DNA of 7,950 nucleotides from a virus (Duplodnaviria; Heunggongvirae; Uroviricota; Caudoviricetes): IMG/VR virus record IMGVR_UViG_2547132274_000015, positions 1 to 7,950 of that record; one strand, 5' to 3'. Shown piece by piece: positions 5,403 to 7,950 of this stretch (position 1 is its first letter; each line of letters starts with the position of its first letter). The notes under the pieces were generated by a model. It saw only the letters and a program-made list of their open reading frames with translations, ran no database searches and was not told where the DNA came from. The position numbers and the translations under genes were made by a program.

Positions 5403-6790
5403 TAATCACCCCATAGTGAAGAAAAGTTACTGCTGGCTGCTGGCTGTGATACCTGTGCAGGTTGAGATTGCTTCCGCTGAGATTTACCAACATTAACGTT
5501 ATATTGTTGGTTGTAATTGTTGGTGTATTCCTGAATCTCACGAATCGACTGCTGCATAGCCTCCGGGCTTGAATAGTCAACCTGCGGCATCCCCTGAAAA
5601 TACATCTTCGCTTCTGCAACGGTGTTAATACCACTGGCACCCATGTCCCTTGCTGCCGCCACACCCTGATTCTGCATTCTGCCCTGAATACGTTGTGCTG
5701 AGTTATATAACTGGCGCTGCTCTTTTCCCGTTAATCGGCTGCGAACATCAGCACCAATTGCTGGATTACCTGCACCACCTGTCATTCCTGTCATGAAATC
5801 GAGAGCAGAAGCGTCTGCATTTGCGATCGCGTCGATATCCTTCTTCATGGCATAGTTTTGTGCTGATGCAGACGATGTTGCAGGCGCAGCGATTGAACTG
5901 GCAGGGACGCGAACCATATTCCCATCGTTGTCGATGCCTTCGTAGAACGCATTAGCCCCAGCGCCATGAAGCTTCCCGCCTACCGTTACAGTTCTGCCAT
6001 CTGATAACTGAACTGTACGCTCATCATTCCCAGCGATTCCTCTTGTTGACGCTCGCTGCATTGCCAAATCCTGACCTCGTCGCGCAGTAGAAGCAGATAA
6101 GTCCTGACCGCGCATCGTGATGTTCTGGCCTCGTGCTGTTAGCGCCTCGCCAGCCTGATTGCTGCGGATTGTCTCTGCAAGTTTCCCGCGATCAATCTCA
6201 CGACCAGCCATCTTGTCCTGAACATTGAAGTAATCAATTGGACCAAGAGCAGCCATTCCAAGGTGATCAACAAACTCACCAAATCCTGAAGGGTTCTGCT
6301 GATACATCTGAGCAACGTTATTAGGGTCAACACCGACGCGCGCCAGCTCATTGGCGTTGTTTTGCAGCCATGATTGCATCGCTTCTGGAGACGATGCCGC
6401 AAGGCGAGCGCCAGCCGCTAAGGTACCGATGGAATTGCGCTGGTCTTCATCAATGAATCCCATGCCTTTACGAACGGATTCAATCTGGTCTGGATATTCA
6501 GTAGCTAACTGACGCAAAGCGCCGCGATCACCAGACGCATAAGCATTAGCGTATGCCTGCTGAAATTCTTTCTGCCGCTGAGCCTGCTTTTCCTGCTGAA
6601 AAACACCCGCAATACCTGAAAGACCTTGCAAGGCCGTCAGTCCAACATTGTTAGCGCCTGAACGCTCAATATCATTGTTCTGCCTGATAAGCTGAAGCGT
6701 ATTTCCGATGTCATTTACGCTAGGGGCGTTTGAGTTGACGCCACCGATACCAGTCAACAATCCGCCGTTTGTTCCTTGCCAAGTAGCCAT
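5402..6790 (-). CDS. Ejection / DNA-transfer protein, P22 gp20-like.
   Basis: ORF of 462 aa (P22 gp20 is about 470 aa as I recall). ATG at 6790..6788, 9 nt after the gp7-like stop, with AGGGG upstream as an RBS. It lies between the gp7-like and gp16-like genes. The protein is A/Q/G/N-rich and soluble-looking, typical of podovirus internal ejection proteins. Confidence 0.78.
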
Positions 6791-6799
6791 GATTACCCC

Positions 6800-7492
6800 T
6801 TAAAACAACGAGCCAAGCAATCCGATACCAGCACCAATGCCAGCGCCCCAAGGCGTTGATGTTCCCAAAAGACTGGCAAGACCTGCACCGGCAATCGCAC
6901 CAGACGTGCCACCGCTAATTGCAGTCTGAAGACTTGATGGTTTATTGGCATTAGCAGCGGCAAGAGCTGCGCTTTGCTGTGCAATGCCGCTCATGTTGTT
7001 GGCGTACGTCTGCCCGGCGTTTGCCTGACCTTGCAGCGCACCAAGCCCAACGTTTGCCAGATTGTTGTAATTGCTCATCTGATTTGATAACCAAGACTGA
7101 CCGAGTGTCGGCGCGATCGTAGCCAGTTGATTGCTTGTAGCTGTCGAACCAAGTCCACCAGTCGCCTCCGCAGCAGCAAGACTCTGGTAACGCGCCTGAC
7201 CTGCAAGGTCTTTATACTGCTGAGAGTTGTAATACTGATTAAGTGCCTGCCCCTGACCTTCTAAACTGGAAAGATTCTGAAGCTGGTTAACATACTGCTC
7301 CGCAAGCGGCGTGAACGGAGCAAGGTTTTTCATGATCGTCTGCCACTGCTGATTTTGCAGGTCTGCGGCATACTTCTGAGCTTCTGCTGCATACTTTGCG
7401 CTTTTATCAGAGCTGCCACCTTTCCCGCCTTTTTCAGGGCAATAAGGTTCCTCGCCGCGCAGTTTTCTGCCCAGCTTAAATGCATATAACAT
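6800..7492 (-). CDS. Ejection / DNA-transfer protein, P22 gp7-like.
   Basis: ORF of 230 aa. The N-terminus MLYAFKLGRKLRGEEPYCPEKGGKGGSSDKSAKYAAEAQKYAADLQNQQWQ matches what I recall of P22 gp7 (229 aa, MLYAF.LGRKLRGEEP...). The C-terminus is a glycine-zipper-like hydrophobic segment (GGTSGAIAGAGLASLLGTSTPWGAGIGAGIGLLGSLF), consistent with membrane insertion during ejection. GGGAGA RBS; the ATG lies 2 nt after the upstream TAG. Confidence 0.88.
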   Translation of the reverse strand: MLYAFKLGRKLRGEEPYCPEKGGKGGSSDKSAKYAAEAQKYAADLQNQQWQTIMKNLAPFTPLAEQYVNQLQNLSSLEGQGQALNQYYNSQQYKDLAGQARYQSLAAAEATGGLGSTATSNQLATIAPTLGQSWLSNQMSNYNNLANVGLGALQGQANAGQTYANNMSGIAQQSAALAAANANKPSSLQTAISGGTSGAIAGAGLASLLGTSTPWGAGIGAGIGLLGSLF

Positions 7493-7494
7493 GG

Positions 7495-7950
7495 CTATCT
7501 CCCGTGATTCAGGAAGTCGATTAATTCTTCGCGTGTGGCGCTGTAAAACGTCACGTCATCCACGCCTTTGAAGTATTTCTTGATGGTTCCTACACGCTTA
7601 AGGCCAATCATTGCGCAGTACATCTGCCCGTGGCGGAATTTGCGTGCAGCGAACGATGTGATGCACTGAACGGTGGTGTTAGTCAGAATGTATCGCCAGA
7701 ACTCCAGCCCGATTTCCTTGCTGAAGCCACGAATCTCTGGCAGATACATGGCGTGGCAATCGAATGTCAGCGGCTGAATCTCCTGATAGTAAACAATGCC
7801 GCCGAACTGCCCGTGCACGTTCACCTCAAAGTAACGGCAATCATGTTTATAGTCGTATCCATCACCGTTGTTGCTCCCGGCAATAATGTCAGGGTGATTT
7901 CCGACTGCTTCGATCAGGTCGATGTTTCGCGTTGGTTTGAACTGAATCAT
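7495..7950 (-). CDS. P22 gp14-like virion-associated protein (gene immediately upstream of the ejection-protein genes).
   Basis: ORF of 151 aa starting at ATG 7950..7948, exactly at the window edge (MIQFKPTRNIDLIEAVGNHPDIIAGSNNGDGYDY...). The sequence and its position before the gp7 homologue match my recollection of P22 gene 14. An upstream start cannot be excluded because the window ends here. Confidence 0.75.
   Translation of the reverse strand: MIQFKPTRNIDLIEAVGNHPDIIAGSNNGDGYDYKHDCRYFEVNVHGQFGGIVYYQEIQPLTFDCHAMYLPEIRGFSKEIGLEFWRYILTNTTVQCITSFAARKFRHGQMYCAMIGLKRVGTIKKYFKGVDDVTFYSATREELIDFLNHGR

Noticed and set aside
3639-5664. Several 65-89-aa ORFs inside or antisense to the gp16- and gp20-like genes: 3639..3869, 3713..3925, 3742..4002, 4913..5173, 5035..5247 and 5395..5664. 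The 5035..5247 frame is Cys-rich (CCGCCCATGCCVSTGC).
   Set aside because: The Cys-rich run is simply the antisense or alternate reading of the Q/A-rich codons (CAG/CAA/GCA repeats) of the gp16-like N-terminus. None has an RBS, and all are nested in strongly supported genes.
6139-6984. ORFs 6139..6402 (-) and 6793..6984 (-), alternate frames within the gp20- and gp7-like genes.
   Set aside because: They are same-strand, out-of-frame overlaps of syntenic, recognisable ejection-protein genes, with Arg/Leu-rich junk-like translations.
1-7950. Both window ends coincide exactly with ATG start codons (position 1 on plus, 7950 on minus). I also searched for tRNA, attP, CRISPR repeats and IS termini.
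   Set aside because: The edge coincidence is almost certainly an artefact of how the window was cut, not biology. I found no cloverleaf-like segments, no regularly spaced repeats and no terminal inverted repeats by eye.

Overview
This window looks like the right-hand end of the late (virion) operon of a P22-like (Lederbergvirus-type) temperate podophage or prophage of Enterobacteriaceae, followed by a lysogenic-conversion gene. On the minus strand, from 7950 down to 1221, lie homologues of P22 gene 14, the three ejection (DNA-transfer) proteins gp7, gp20 and gp16, and the tailspike. The first four genes are tightly coupled: TAG-2nt-ATG, then a 9-nt gap, then a TAATG overlap. The late operon is interrupted between the gp16-like gene and the tailspike by a plus-strand insert. 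That insert carries a clear homologue of the P22 Mnt repressor, but no arc or ant. Mnt is followed by an unlisted 25-codon hydrophobic ORF with a GGAGG ribosome-binding site. Beyond the tailspike, convergent with it and separated by a shared hairpin, is a strikingly AT-rich 388-aa multi-pass membrane acyltransferase (AT3 / Oac-OafA type). It is most plausibly an O-antigen O-acetyltransferase moron. I see no tRNA, rRNA, CRISPR array, IS element or att site. Both window edges fall exactly on start codons (1 and 7950), so any promoter for the acyltransferase and the genes upstream of the gp14-like gene are out of view. The most interesting parts are the remodelled immI remnant (orphan mnt with a changed DNA-reading strand, candidate operators, micro-ORF) and the tailspike/acyltransferase specificity pair. 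Homology statements come from my memory of the P22 proteins and from synteny. No database search was run.
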